A DNA stretch of 50,633 bases from a plasmid. A program made the position numbers and the translations under genes. The stretch is taken from the sequence record NZ_CP025194.1. One strand, given 5' to 3'. Position 1 is the stretch's first letter. Every line of letters begins with the position of its first letter. The notes below the pieces were generated by a model. The model saw only the letters and a list, made by a program, of their open reading frames with translations. It made no database searches and was not told where the DNA came from. Positions 35,760-47,455 of this stretch are shown here, one piece after another.

Positions 35760-37258
35760 CAGGGTCCTCTCCTCAGGCTGTCGTAGCGGGTGCAGTCGGC
35801 CAGCGGCGCATGCCGCAGCCGGAGCGCCTCCGGGGTCAGGATGGTCACCGGCGGCGGTGGCTCGCGCTGGCGGGCGAGGATGTTGAGGATGACATCGGCC
35901 GAGTGGACGCCCTCACGCAGCGCCTCGCTGCAAGCGGCCTCAACCGCAGCCAGACCGTCGTCCAACACCCTGGTCAGGATCTCCACCATCTGCCGGTCGC
36001 CATCGGTGGCTGTGGCCAGCTTGCGGCGGACCCGTTCCAGTGCACTGGGGAGCAGCCAGTCCTTGAACGGTGCCCCGTTGCGCAGCGCTCCAGGTTTGCG
36101 CGCCAGCACGGGCACGTAGTGCCAGGGGTCGAACACCGTCTGGTCCCGGCCGAACACGCGCCGGTGCTCGCCCACCACCCGGCCGTCCTGGCGCAACTCG
36201 ATCCGCTCGGCATAGGCCCGGATCTCGACCGGCCGCCCCACCGCGCTCGCCATCACCGAGTACTTGTTGTTGTCGAACCGCACCAGGCAGGTCTTGGATA
36301 CCGCGGCAGGCACGGCATGGAACCCGTCGAACCGTCCGGCATAGGGCACCAGGCTTGGCCGCTCCGCCTCGAACGCCTCCCAGACGGTCCGCTCCCTCTG
36401 CTCCGGATGCCGATTGGCCCGGGCATGGGACACGCACCGGTCCAGCAGAAGGGCGTTCAGCTCCTCGTAGCTCCTCACCCGCAGTCGCGGCGTAAAGAAC
36501 CGCTCCCGCACCAGCCCGACCTGGTTCTCGACCTGACCTTTCTCCCAGCCTGAGGCCGGAGTGCAGGCCACCGGCTCGACCAGGTAGTGGCTGCACATGC
36601 GCAGGAAACGCCGGTTGTAGGCACGATCCCGTCCCACCAGGATCGCGTCCACCGCCGTGCGCATGTTGTCGTAGATGCCCCGCGTGCAGGTGCCGCGAAA
36701 GAAGGCGAACGCCCGGTCATGGGCGTCGAACACCATCTCCTGCGTCTCGCGCGGATAAGCGCGAACGAACAGCATCCGGCTGTAGCATAGCCTCACATGC
36801 GCGACCTTGACGGTTACCGTCGTGCCGCCGATCAGCACGACCTCGTGGCTCCAATCGAACTGGTATGCCTCGCCCGGCGCGAAGCTCAGCGGCACGAAGG
36901 CTGCTGCCACCGCCGTCGCCCGTGACGCCTGCCACCCCCGCGCATGTCGCCGGACCGCGTCGTAGCCGCCCTCGTACCCCAGCTCACGCAGCGTCTCGTA
37001 GACCCGCACCAGCGTCAGCCGCTCGCGCCGCGGCCGCGCCTCGTTCGCCTCCAGCAGGCGCTCCAGCTCGGCCTGCCACGGCCCCAGCTTGGGCTGCGGC
37101 TGCCGCGCCCGGCTGTAGCGGAATTCCGTCTCCCCGGACCGCAGAACCTTCCGGACCACCTTTCGCGAAATCCCGAGCTCACGACAGATCGCCTTGATCG
37201 ACTTGCCCTGCACCCGGTGCAGGCGCCGGATCTTTGCCACTGTCTCCACGACCAGCAT
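35759..37258 (-). CDS. istA: IS21-family transposase IstA (copy II, intact, 499 aa)
   Basis: Same length as copy I with a few substitutions. Confidence 0.9.
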   Translation of the reverse strand: MLVVETVAKIRRLHRVQGKSIKAICRELGISRKVVRKVLRSGETEFRYSRARQPQPKLGPWQAELERLLEANEARPRRERLTLVRVYETLRELGYEGGYDAVRRHARGWQASRATAVAAAFVPLSFAPGEAYQFDWSHEVVLIGGTTVTVKVAHVRLCYSRMLFVRAYPRETQEMVFDAHDRAFAFFRGTCTRGIYDNMRTAVDAILVGRDRAYNRRFLRMCSHYLVEPVACTPASGWEKGQVENQVGLVRERFFTPRLRVRSYEELNALLLDRCVSHARANRHPEQRERTVWEAFEAERPSLVPYAGRFDGFHAVPAAVSKTCLVRFDNNKYSVMASAVGRPVEIRAYAERIELRQDGRVVGEHRRVFGRDQTVFDPWHYVPVLARKPGALRNGAPFKDWLLPSALERVRRKLATATDGDRQMVEILTRVLDDGLAAVEAACSEALREGVHSADVILNILARQREPPPPVTILTPEALRLRHAPLADCTRYDSLRRGP

Positions 37259-37372
37259 CCCAGCACTGGCTCCCGATCATCCCGGAAACCACTGTGAACC
37301 CCGCCGTCAGTGGGGTCCCGTTTGGACGCCGATCACCCCTCCAACAGGGTTCCTATTCCATGCCGATCCACA

Positions 37373-37461
37373 TTCGTGCCGCTCTGGAAGCGGCAGGAGT
37401 GGAATTCATCCCGGAGAACGGAGGAGGCGCCGGGGTGCGCCTGCGGAAGCAATCCTCGTGA
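37373..37461 (+). pseudogene. C-terminal fragment of an HTH-type regulator (…ALEAAGVEFIPENGGGAGVRLRK) abutting IS21 copy II
   Basis: Conserved C-terminal tail seen in XRE-like regulators. Only ~29 residues remain outside the IS. Confidence 0.3.
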
Positions 37462-37668
37462 AGGCCTGGATCGTTGCCTTCAGCCTGCTCCTGACCCAGG
37501 CGGGCACTGCCATGGCGCAGACCATCGCCGTCCCATCCGATCCCCGGGCTCACTACGAACTGGTCGGCAAGGTCAGGCGCGACGATGGCCTGGTCGAGAT
37601 CACCACGCGCCGCCAGGGCCCCTCCGGTACGTCCTTCGCCCGGCGTGAGGTCGATTGCCGCCGGCGTA
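37458..37668 (+). pseudogene. N-terminal fragment of a putative secreted protein (signal-peptide-like WIVAFSLLLTQAGTAMAQT), cut by the second IS21-family element
   Basis: GTG/Met-proximal hydrophobic stretch followed by an AXA-like site. The ORF continues into the IS terminal repeats at 37669. Confidence 0.25.
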
Positions 37669-37787
37669 TGGCGCGACAATCTGGATGCGAGCAGCGCGAC
37701 AATCAGGATGAGAGTCTGTGGTCGCGGCGGCTGGATGATTGCCGCGGAGCGACACGGGCGCAAGAGATTTCCGGGACGGCGCGACAA

Positions 37788-40228
<2,441 letters not shown>

Positions 40229-40422
40229 CTACGGGACCACGGCGGCGATTCTCATCCTGATCGCCGGGCCGTTCTCATCCTGATTGCCGCGCAGCACCGG
40301 CGGTTGTTCCGCTACCTCGGCGAGGGCGACACGCTGGAAGAGGCCAGGCGCCCGGCCCCCAATCCCGGCAGGATGTCTCCCCTCGTCGACGGTTCCATCT
40401 CCGACCGTATCGTGCGCTTCGC

Positions 40423-40779
40423 ATGCCGGTAGCCGGTGAAGCGGCCGTCCCGGCCGGCGACGTCTACGACGGCGATGGCAGGCTGGTCCCGGGCAGCGGT
40501 CCCACCTTCTCGCTCGGCCTGGTCACGGACTGCGCCTTCCAGGCGGTGCTGCACAACCTGGATGAACCAGGAAACACGATCGAGCCGGGGGACCGCCTCT
40601 GGCTCCTGCCCGAAGGCCTGGTCCCGGGCGCTGCCCTTCCAGAGCACGTCCTGGCCAGCCTCGCCGCGGTCGTGCGGGCCGGCCGCAAGGTCGTCGTGAT
40701 GGCGGATAGTGCCGAGGCCGGCAACCGGGCCTGCGAGGCCATCGGGCAGGCCCTCGATGCGAGGCAGGGCAGCGCCTGA
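40423..40779 (+). CDS. Hypothetical protein, possibly a gene fragment
   Basis: ORF only. Confidence 0.2.
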   Translation: MPVAGEAAVPAGDVYDGDGRLVPGSGPTFSLGLVTDCAFQAVLHNLDEPGNTIEPGDRLWLLPEGLVPGAALPEHVLASLAAVVRAGRKVVVMADSAEAGNRACEAIGQALDARQGSA

Positions 40780-40842
40780 GCGCGTCACACACCGTTCTGT
40801 CCGGATGGCCAGATCACACCGTCCGGCCGACCCTCCCCGGCA

Positions 40843-41235
40843 TCAGCCGCGCCGGCTGGCCCGTAGCCACGCCGCGAAGGCCGCTTCGTCCAGCCCGCCT
40901 TCGACCAGCCGCAGCATCCGCTCCACGGCCCGTGGCGCGGCGACGTCGATCTCGACACCGTTGGCCTTGAGGAAGAGCACGCAACAGCCCCAGGCGGTCC
41001 GCTTGTTGCCATCGTTGAAAGGATGGTTGGCCGCGAGACCGTAAGCATAAGCCGCGGCCAGATCGAACAGGTCAGGGACGCCGGCATCGGCATAGGCGAG
41101 CTTGTTGCCGGGACGGCCCAGCGCGCTGTGCAGCATGCCCTCGTCCTTGACGCCCTGGACCCCGCCATACTCCCGCAAGGCCTGGTCGTGCAGGAACAGC
41201 ACGACATCGGCCTCCAGGAACTCCGGGCCGCTCAA
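40843..41235 (-). CDS. doc: Doc (death-on-curing)/Fic-family toxin
   Basis: HPFNDGNKRTA Fic/Doc motif. Putative TTG start overlapping the antitoxin stop (TTGA). Confidence 0.75.
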   Translation of the reverse strand: MSGPEFLEADVVLFLHDQALREYGGVQGVKDEGMLHSALGRPGNKLAYADAGVPDLFDLAAAYAYGLAANHPFNDGNKRTAWGCCVLFLKANGVEIDVAAPRAVERMLRLVEGGLDEAAFAAWLRASRRG

Positions 41236-41459
41236 CGCCTGGCGAGTTCCTGCAGCGCGTCGGCCTGCTCGCGCAGGACCTCGCGGGCCAGCTGCATCTG
41301 CCGCTCGAGCTTCAGGTTGCGCTTCACCAGCTTCACCCCGTCGGCCAGTTCCACCAGGGTCAGGTCCTGGCCGACCTCCAGCCCCATGCGGATCCTCGTC
41401 TCGGCCGGGAACGTCACCCCGACCGAGTTGCCCTGCCGGCGTAGTGTCACCGTGGTCAT
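41232..41459 (-). CDS. AbrB/MazE-fold antitoxin (Phd-like partner of Doc)
   Basis: MTTVTLRRQGNSVGVTFPAE, a swapped-hairpin antitoxin signature. 75 aa. Confidence 0.7.
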   Translation of the reverse strand: MTTVTLRRQGNSVGVTFPAETRIRMGLEVGQDLTLVELADGVKLVKRNLKLERQMQLAREVLREQADALQELARR

Positions 41460-41585
41460 GATGCGCCTCCGTCTTACGTTCAGTAAGACTAGGGCTTGTA
41501 CCCCGCCCCCTCAAGGGTCATCGACGCCTGCGGATCGCGCGGGCCGCCATCATGGCCCTGCCCGGGGCGCCCGATGTCCACGCCT

Positions 41586-41966
41586 TCACCCCTCGCGTTC
41601 CGCCGCGAGCGGGCAGCAGGCCTCGGCGGTGACATGGGCCAGCCGGCTCAGCCGCAGCGCCGTGACGCTGCTGCCCGGCACGGCTGCGGCGATGTGCTGC
41701 AGCACCGGGATCCGGCCCAGCACCTGCTCGCTCACCGCCTGCGCCACCAGGTCGGCCCCGGATACGCCGGCCGCCGTCCACACCGCCCGGCGCAGCAGCG
41801 CCACCGTCACCGCCAGGTTCGGCCGCAGCCCGTGGATCTGCGCCACCTGCCGCACCAGCGACAGCCCGCGCAGTCCCGCCAGCACCCCGTCCAGCGCCGC
41901 CCGCTGGCCCGCCACCCGCGAGGCCTGCCGCAGCGGCTCGCTCACCTCTCGCGTCATCACTAACAT
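41586..41966 (-). CDS. Hypothetical protein (126 aa)
   Basis: ORF only. Lies between the Doc module and the IS66 passenger gene and could be inside the IS66 element. Confidence 0.25.
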   Translation of the reverse strand: MLVMTREVSEPLRQASRVAGQRAALDGVLAGLRGLSLVRQVAQIHGLRPNLAVTVALLRRAVWTAAGVSGADLVAQAVSEQVLGRIPVLQHIAAAVPGSSVTALRLSRLAHVTAEACCPLAAEREG

Positions 41967-42013
41967 CGACCATAATGTTGGCTCGAAGGTATCCAGCCGG
42001 TCAGGGCCGTAGG

Positions 42014-42613
42014 TCAGATTGCCGGTTTACGCTTGACGGCTGGTTTGCGTGACCATGCCTTGGCGAGGTCCGCGACGGCCTTCGCATGCTCGTCGATGTC
42101 GATCTTGGCTGGGTCGAATGGCTCGCCGGCCCACTCGCTCATCTCGGCATGGTTCTCGTGCTTTGGATCGGCGATGGCCTGGAGGAATTCGGCGTAGCCC
42201 CAGGGGCCGCCAACGTCCTCGGGCGGGCAGCGTCCGGTCGCGTCGATCAGGAGCGGGTATGTGAGGCCGGGCACGGCCTCTGTGATGCGCTCGATCTTGA
42301 CCGTGTGCTCCCAGCCATCACCGAAGTCGTAGAGGTACTTCAGCGTCTTCGCACCGGTGTCCTCGACGACGTCGACGAGGCGTGCCTTGCGCGCATCGAG
42401 AGGGCCTCCGCCCCAGTCCGGGTCGGGCATGCCCCAGCCCACATCGCGGGCCCGGATTTCGTAGAGATGGCTGTTGGTCCAGCCCATGGCGGCCTGGAGG
42501 ACGAGGTGCAGGCGATCGAGACGGATCGTCAGCGGCACCTCGACCCGGCGCAGGACCACAGGCTTGACCTCATCGAGGGTGATCTTGAGACGGGCAATGC
42601 TGTTGCTGGTCAT
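42014..42613 (-). CDS. pRiA4b ORF-3-like protein (IS-element passenger family)
   Basis: YLYDFGDGWEH motif. Start codon overlaps the tnpC stop by 4 bp. Confidence 0.7.
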   Translation of the reverse strand: MTSNSIARLKITLDEVKPVVLRRVEVPLTIRLDRLHLVLQAAMGWTNSHLYEIRARDVGWGMPDPDWGGGPLDARKARLVDVVEDTGAKTLKYLYDFGDGWEHTVKIERITEAVPGLTYPLLIDATGRCPPEDVGGPWGYAEFLQAIADPKHENHAEMSEWAGEPFDPAKIDIDEHAKAVADLAKAWSRKPAVKRKPAI

Positions 42614-44202
42614 GCCGCCACCTTCCGTCGCTGCATCTCCCGCGCCCAGTTCCAGGGCATCAGCTCATCCAGTTTCGAGAGGGGATGGTCGGCGATCCTG
42701 GCCAGCACATCGGCAAGCCAGGCACGCGGGTCGACGTCGTTCAGCTTGGCCGTGGTGACGAGGGAGTACATGGCGGCAGCCCGCTCGCCACCGCGGTCAC
42801 TTCCCGCAAAAAGCCATGCCTTTCGGCCCAGAGCCACACCGCGCAGCTCGCGTTCGGCTGCATTATTCGTCAAGCAGATCCGGCCATCGGTCAGGAACCG
42901 GGTGAACGCGTCCCAGCGCTTGAGCATGTAATCCATGGCCTTGGCGAGGTCGGCATGCCGCGACAGCTTGCCGCGTTGCTCACGCATCCAGACCTCGAGC
43001 TCGGCCGCCAGAGGCGCGATGTGCTCGCGACGCACGGCAAGGCGCTGTTCGGCCGGCAGCCCGTTGATGGCGCGCTCGGCATCAAAGATCGCGTCGATCC
43101 GCCGCACCGCCTCGGCCGCGAGTGGTGCGCGAGCGACCTCGGCGAGCTTGAACAGTTTGCGCCGGCCATGGGCCCAGCACGCTGCCTCGGTGATCGGGCC
43201 GGGCTTGCGTCCTGCTTCGTAGAGATTGTTGAACCCGGCATAAGCGTCCGCCTGCAGGATCCCCGTGTATCCGGCCAGGTGCCGGTTCGAGTGCTCGGCT
43301 GTGCGGTCCCGCGAATACCGGAACATCGCCGCCGGTGGTGCCGGCCCGGCAAAGGGCCGGTCGTCGCGCACATAGGTCCAGAGGCGGGCCGTGACGGTCT
43401 TGCCGCGGGCCATGAGTGGGACGGTGGTGTCGTCGCCATGCAGGCGTTCCGCCGCCAGGACATGGGCATCGATCCGCGCCACCAGAGGCGCCAGCGTGGC
43501 CGTGCAGGTGCCGACCCAGTCGGCCACGGTGGAGACGCTCAGTTCAACCCCTTCGCGGGCAAAGGTCTCGCTCTGGCGGTTCAGCGGCAGGTGTTGGCCG
43601 AACTTGGCCTCCAGGATCATCGCCAGCAGGTTCGGCCCGGCCCGCCCGCGGGCGATGGGGTGGAATGGTGCCGGTGGCTGTGTGATGGTCTCGCAGGCGC
43701 GGCAACTGAGCCGCTCCCGCACGGTCTGGATCACCTTCCAGCTCCGGGGCACCACCTCGAGCGTCTCCGTGACATCCTCACCCAGCTTGGACAGCTTGCC
43801 GCAGCAGCAGGGGCAGGCCGTAGGTGACGGGAGCACCACCCGCTCGCGCGGCAGGTGGGCAGGCAGGGGCGCGCGAACGGGCTGGCGGCGCGGCGGGAGG
43901 CCGGCGCGATCGCCGCTCCCCTGCTTGCCGGTCTCGTTCCCGGCCTTGGCCGCGTCCTCGCTGGCGGCCGTGACCAGCTCGTCGAGCTCGAGTTCCAGCT
44001 GGTCGAGCAGCTTGCGGCCGCGCTCGGAGGAGGCGCCGAACCGGTCATGCTTGAGCTTGGCGATCAGCAGCTTGAGATGCGCCACCATCGCCTCGGCGCC
44101 CGAGACACGCGCCTCGGCCTCGCGGCGCGCCAGTTGTTCGGCCGCAAGGGCGGCGCGCAGGGCGGCGACATCATCGGGCAAGGCGTCCGGCGTGGGTGTC
44201 AC
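42610..44202 (-). CDS. tnpC: IS66-family transposase TnpC (530 aa, intact)
   Basis: Leucine-zipper N-terminus, CPCCCGKL zinc finger, DDE region and the C-terminal ICLTNNAAERELRG..PWNW motif. Confidence 0.9.
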   Translation of the reverse strand: MTPTPDALPDDVAALRAALAAEQLARREAEARVSGAEAMVAHLKLLIAKLKHDRFGASSERGRKLLDQLELELDELVTAASEDAAKAGNETGKQGSGDRAGLPPRRQPVRAPLPAHLPRERVVLPSPTACPCCCGKLSKLGEDVTETLEVVPRSWKVIQTVRERLSCRACETITQPPAPFHPIARGRAGPNLLAMILEAKFGQHLPLNRQSETFAREGVELSVSTVADWVGTCTATLAPLVARIDAHVLAAERLHGDDTTVPLMARGKTVTARLWTYVRDDRPFAGPAPPAAMFRYSRDRTAEHSNRHLAGYTGILQADAYAGFNNLYEAGRKPGPITEAACWAHGRRKLFKLAEVARAPLAAEAVRRIDAIFDAERAINGLPAEQRLAVRREHIAPLAAELEVWMREQRGKLSRHADLAKAMDYMLKRWDAFTRFLTDGRICLTNNAAERELRGVALGRKAWLFAGSDRGGERAAAMYSLVTTAKLNDVDPRAWLADVLARIADHPLSKLDELMPWNWAREMQRRKVAA

Positions 44203-44262
44203 GCCGTGGATGGAATCACAGATCCGCGCCTGGCTGGTAGTCGAAATGCGTGCCGATCTGCC

Positions 44263-44610
44263 TTATCCCGCGACCTCCGGGCGCCATGTCCGTTGTGGGT
44301 TCCGCCAGTCGATCCCGTCGAGCATGTAGGCCAGCTGCGCACCCGAGATCGCCACCGCGCCATCCGCGGGCGAGGGCCAGATGAATCGGCCTCGTTCCAG
44401 TCGCTTGGCGTAGAGCGACATGCCGAGCCCATCATGCCAGACGATTTTAACCAGGTCGCCGCGACGGCCCCGAAAAACGTAGAGATCACCGGCATGCGGA
44501 TCGCGCCCGAGCGCCTGCTGTGCCTGCAGCGCCAGGCCATTCATGCCGCGCCGCATGTCGGTATGGCCCACCGCCAGCCAGACCCGGACACCGGAGGGAA
44601 CCGGGATCAT
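44263..44610 (-). CDS. tnpB: IS66 Orf2 (TnpB)
   Basis: MIPVPSGVRVWLAVGHTDMRRGMNGLA..LYVFRGRRGDLVKIVWHDG. Confidence 0.85.
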   Translation of the reverse strand: MIPVPSGVRVWLAVGHTDMRRGMNGLALQAQQALGRDPHAGDLYVFRGRRGDLVKIVWHDGLGMSLYAKRLERGRFIWPSPADGAVAISGAQLAYMLDGIDWRNPQRTWRPEVAG

Positions 44611-45002
44611 CCGCGCAGCGCCGCCATGATACGCCGCAACGCGGCGGTGCTGATCGCCTCGTCGACGCGGATCACCGTGCCGTCCGGCAAGGCTACCTCG
44701 ATCCGGGGCGAGGCCGCCGGCGCAGCCTCGGCCCGGGACGTGGGTGTCGGCAGATCTGTCGCCACCTGCAGCGGCATGAACATCGGCGCAGGCTCGGCCA
44801 CCAGCACGCCTTGCCGTGCCTGCTTGCGCCAAGCCCATAGTACGCTCCGGCTCACCTCATGCCGGCGGGCTACCTCGACGAAACACGCGCCAGGACGCTC
44901 AGCCTCCGCCACGATCCGCAACTTGTCCGCCGCTCGCCATTGCCGCCGGCGCTCAACGCCGCTGATGATCTCCATGTCCCAAGCCGCCCCCGTCCTTAAC
45001 AA
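44607..45002 (-). CDS. tnpA: IS66 Orf1 (TnpA, HTH)
   Basis: MEIISGVERRRQWRAADKLRIVAEAERPGA..VARRHEVSRSVLWAWRK. Confidence 0.8.
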   Translation of the reverse strand: MLRTGAAWDMEIISGVERRRQWRAADKLRIVAEAERPGACFVEVARRHEVSRSVLWAWRKQARQGVLVAEPAPMFMPLQVATDLPTPTSRAEAAPAASPRIEVALPDGTVIRVDEAISTAALRRIMAALRG

Positions 45003-45156
45003 CGCTCCTACGAGCGTCGATAAGATCAGAAGACAGGTTCAACCCCAGGCCGGAAGGCGGCCCTCAGCGGAGGGGTACGCTCGAAGCTCCCCGTCCGACG
45101 GCAAGGCGGCACGACATCGGTATGCCTGGGAAGAAGAGCTCTCAGACAGCGCTTAC

Positions 45157-45548
45157 CATCAGCCTGCGCAGCGCGGCGAAGCTGCAGAATCAGGGAGAAC
45201 CGCTGACCGAGGCGGATCTGTACGACGAGGACGGCCTGCCCGTGTGATTGCCGTGGACAGCTCGGTGCTGATCGCCATCCTGCGGCGGGAACCGGAGGCG
45301 CGGATGCCTTCCTGCACATCATCGCCGGGGCCGGCATGCATGTGGTGGCACAGGACCGGGAGCAGGCGGAGACAGCCCGGGAAGCGTTCCGGCGTATGGC
45401 AAGGGGCGTCACCCGGCCGCGCTCAACCTTGGCGACTGCGCTTCCTATGCCCTGGCCAAGTGCTGGAACCTGCCCCTGCTCTTCGAGGGCAATGACTTCC
45501 CGAGGACCGATATCGTCCCGGCCATTCCGGCGCGAGCAATGGGTTAGA
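45157..45548 (+). pseudogene. Decayed vapBC module: C-terminal 27 codons of a VapB/FitA-like antitoxin (45157..45240) followed by a VapC PIN gene with an internal deletion and a frameshift
   Basis: ...LTEADLYDEDGLPV* then [19 protein letters not shown], with ..[45 protein letters not shown] recoverable only by switching frames. The antitoxin N-terminus is replaced by the IS66 terminus. Confidence 0.6.
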
Positions 45549-45695
45549 CTGGATGTCTATCTAAGGTGGTACATCCCACCTCAGACAGACGAATGTTTCA
45601 TAATAGCAACAAATATCGCTCATACCAATTGACGAGGCCCAGCAGCCTCACTTGCCTCTCTGGCCGTTCAAGTGCTTTTGAATGGGTTGTACCGG

Positions 45696-46616
45696 TTACG
45701 CTTTAATCAGACGAGGCATGACCGGTGATTTCGACGGTTTCAGTGTCAATCCGCGTTCATCCACTTCTAATTCTGCCCTTGGATAGACTGCACATGCAAG
45801 ACCAAGGTTTTCTAGAAACCGCGGCTTGAAGTGGTGGAGACCTTTATAACCAACTCCAAACTGTCCTTGTAGCGCTTTCCAGGAAATCGGCTTTGGACTC
45901 TGCAGGACATGTAGGCGGTAAGTTAGCCAGCAGTAGATATCCAATGCCATGCTATTGTTGGAGAGAGCCTTGATTGCTGCTTCCTCGATCGGAACAGGAT
46001 GCTTCTGGAGTTGCTCAAAAAAGCTCTCTGAGAGGCGAACGGTATCGGTGAAAAGTGATCCCTGAGACGTGTCGTCGCTTCCAACGAACATCGCTGTATC
46101 CACGATGTTTTGGTTGACCAAACCAGCCCGACCAGCGGTCCGAATGTGGAACGTTAGTCTGCAGCGTGAGATCCGTTCCGCCTGTTCCCGAACGTCCTTA
46201 AAAGACTTACCACCGATTGGAATGCCGAGACGCGATAACCACGCGCGGAGGCTGCGTCCAAGCTCGATTTCCCGCCCTCCAGTCCGAAGTGCTTCGGATT
46301 GAAGAAAGAGTAAAATTAGACGGGCGCGACTCCCGTAAGGCACCCCTACCCACTCTGCTTCCTCGCAAGAGTCCACAGTTCGCCGACCTGGTTCGACCAG
46401 AAGGGTTACGTGCTCGGAACTGATCTTCCAAATGGCATCGTCGGGGAGACGTTTGTGCGGGAGCGCTGCTTGGGTCCAGCCAGAGTAGATGAAGCCAACG
46501 TTGGAATCCTCGTCGGCCATGTATGACGAAGCGGCTTCCACAACGCGCCGGTCGATGTCGGTTGCCAGGGCTGCCATCTTGCCCTGGGTCTCGATCAGAC
46601 GATGCACCGTCCCCAC
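45696..46616 (-). CDS. repA: Plasmid replication initiator RepA (RPA family)
   Basis: 306 aa. The DIYCWLTYRL motif is characteristic of RPA-type initiators. Iteron array immediately upstream. Confidence 0.75.
   Translation of the reverse strand: MGTVHRLIETQGKMAALATDIDRRVVEAASSYMADEDSNVGFIYSGWTQAALPHKRLPDDAIWKISSEHVTLLVEPGRRTVDSCEEAEWVGVPYGSRARLILLFLQSEALRTGGREIELGRSLRAWLSRLGIPIGGKSFKDVREQAERISRCRLTFHIRTAGRAGLVNQNIVDTAMFVGSDDTSQGSLFTDTVRLSESFFEQLQKHPVPIEEAAIKALSNNSMALDIYCWLTYRLHVLQSPKPISWKALQGQFGVGYKGLHHFKPRFLENLGLACAVYPRAELEVDERGLTLKPSKSPVMPRLIKA
46363..46378. repeat. Solitary iteron copy (TCGCAAGAGTCCACAG) inside the repA coding sequence
   Basis: Exact 16-bp match to the upstream iterons, ~240 bp into repA. 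Confidence 0.6.
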
Positions 46617-46689
46617 CGGCTATCTCCCCAGACTTCAGCCCCTTATGCCACGGCAACTGGATCTGTCGCCTGTGGACTCCTGCGAGCGA

Positions 46690-46937
46690 AGCTATTTGAG
46701 GTTATTAGAGATTCTAACTATTAGCTTGTTCGCAAGAGTCCACGGGATAACCGGCAGAAGTCATTGATTCAACGTTTAGGCGTATCGCAAGAGTCCACAG
46801 ACCACTCGCAAGAGTCCTCGGCTGCCTTGTGAGCTGAAGGACGGCTGGCAATGTTTCCACTTCAGCCAGACGAGCCCGATTCGGTTACTCTTTTGCTCGC
46901 AAGAGTCCACAGTGGACATTGCTCGCAAGAGTCCACA
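46690..46937. repeat. oriV: Origin-like region: AT-rich tract (46690..46729) followed by five iterons TCGCAAGAGTCC(A/T)C(A/G) at 46730, 46785, 46806, 46897 and 46923
   Basis: Direct repeats read in the sequence. Spacing of 55, 21, 91 and 26 bp. Confidence 0.75.
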
Positions 46938-46954
46938 CCCATGTGTCATGCTGG

Positions 46955-47455
46955 TCACCCGCCACGAACCTTACGTCGGGGGGTTCGATCTTCGAGATCG
47001 GCTGCGGCCACCTTTATCCCGGCATCCCGCAAGGCGTGTGTCAGAACCTGCTTGAGCGTAACTCCCCGTTTTTCGGAGGATGCCAGCACTGCATCGAGAG
47101 TACTCTGACGCAACCGTACAGTCAGAGCGGTCAGAACATCTGATCGTTCAGACGTATTGCCGTCAGGACGTCTTTTCGTATTGTCGACATGCTGATTTAC
47201 TGATGGAGCGTCTCGCTTTGGTGCAAGAGTGCCCGAGATTGACGTGGATGGCTGGACGTCTGATTGACCTATTGTCTGCCCGCCATGTCGATCATACGTA
47301 TGGCTGAAATGACGTATTGCCGTCTGAGTGTCGTGCTCTACTTCTACACGCGCTGGAGGAACGCTCGGGTCTTCTGCTCGTACTGCAGCCACTAACTCTG
47401 TCGGAGGCATCCTTTGCTCTGCCTCGGGCAGCTTCTTAAATGTGGGCTTGGCCAT
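46955..47455 (-). CDS. ParG-like partition/DNA-binding protein with C-terminal RHH-like domain (intact copy, 166 aa)
   Basis: Directly downstream of parA. C-terminus SSEKRGVTLKQVLTHALRDAGIKVAA is RHH-like. Contains two exact GACGTATTGCCGTC copies within the coding region (47151..47164, 47312..47325). Confidence 0.5.
   Translation of the reverse strand: MAKPTFKKLPEAEQRMPPTELVAAVRAEDPSVPPARVEVEHDTQTAIRHFSHTYDRHGGQTIGQSDVQPSTSISGTLAPKRDAPSVNQHVDNTKRRPDGNTSERSDVLTALTVRLRQSTLDAVLASSEKRGVTLKQVLTHALRDAGIKVAAADLEDRTPRRKVRGG

Larger units (their letters stand above)
34955..37372 (-). mobile_element. IS21-family insertion sequence, type 1, copy II
   Basis: Termini TGTCAATCGGCA (34955..) and the reverse complement of TGTGGATCGGCA (ending 37372). 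Highly similar to copy I with scattered substitutions. Confidence 0.85.
42014..45156 (-). mobile_element. IS66-family insertion sequence (tnpA-tnpB-tnpC plus passenger gene). Right boundary uncertain.
   Basis: The left terminus ends ...gcgcttac at 45156 (reverse complement of GTAAGCGC, the IS66 signature). The three canonical ORFs are present, and the passenger gene start overlaps the tnpC stop. Confidence 0.7.

Noticed and set aside
37353-37787. 144-aa minus-strand ORF spanning the IS21 copy II / type-2 IS21 junction region
   Set aside because: It crosses two IS termini and has no motif. Likely spurious.
41481-41510. Possible right terminal repeat of the IS66 element (gtaagactagggc...)
   Set aside because: Only a weak match to the left terminus (gtaagcgctgtc...). 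The IS66 right boundary is left uncertain.
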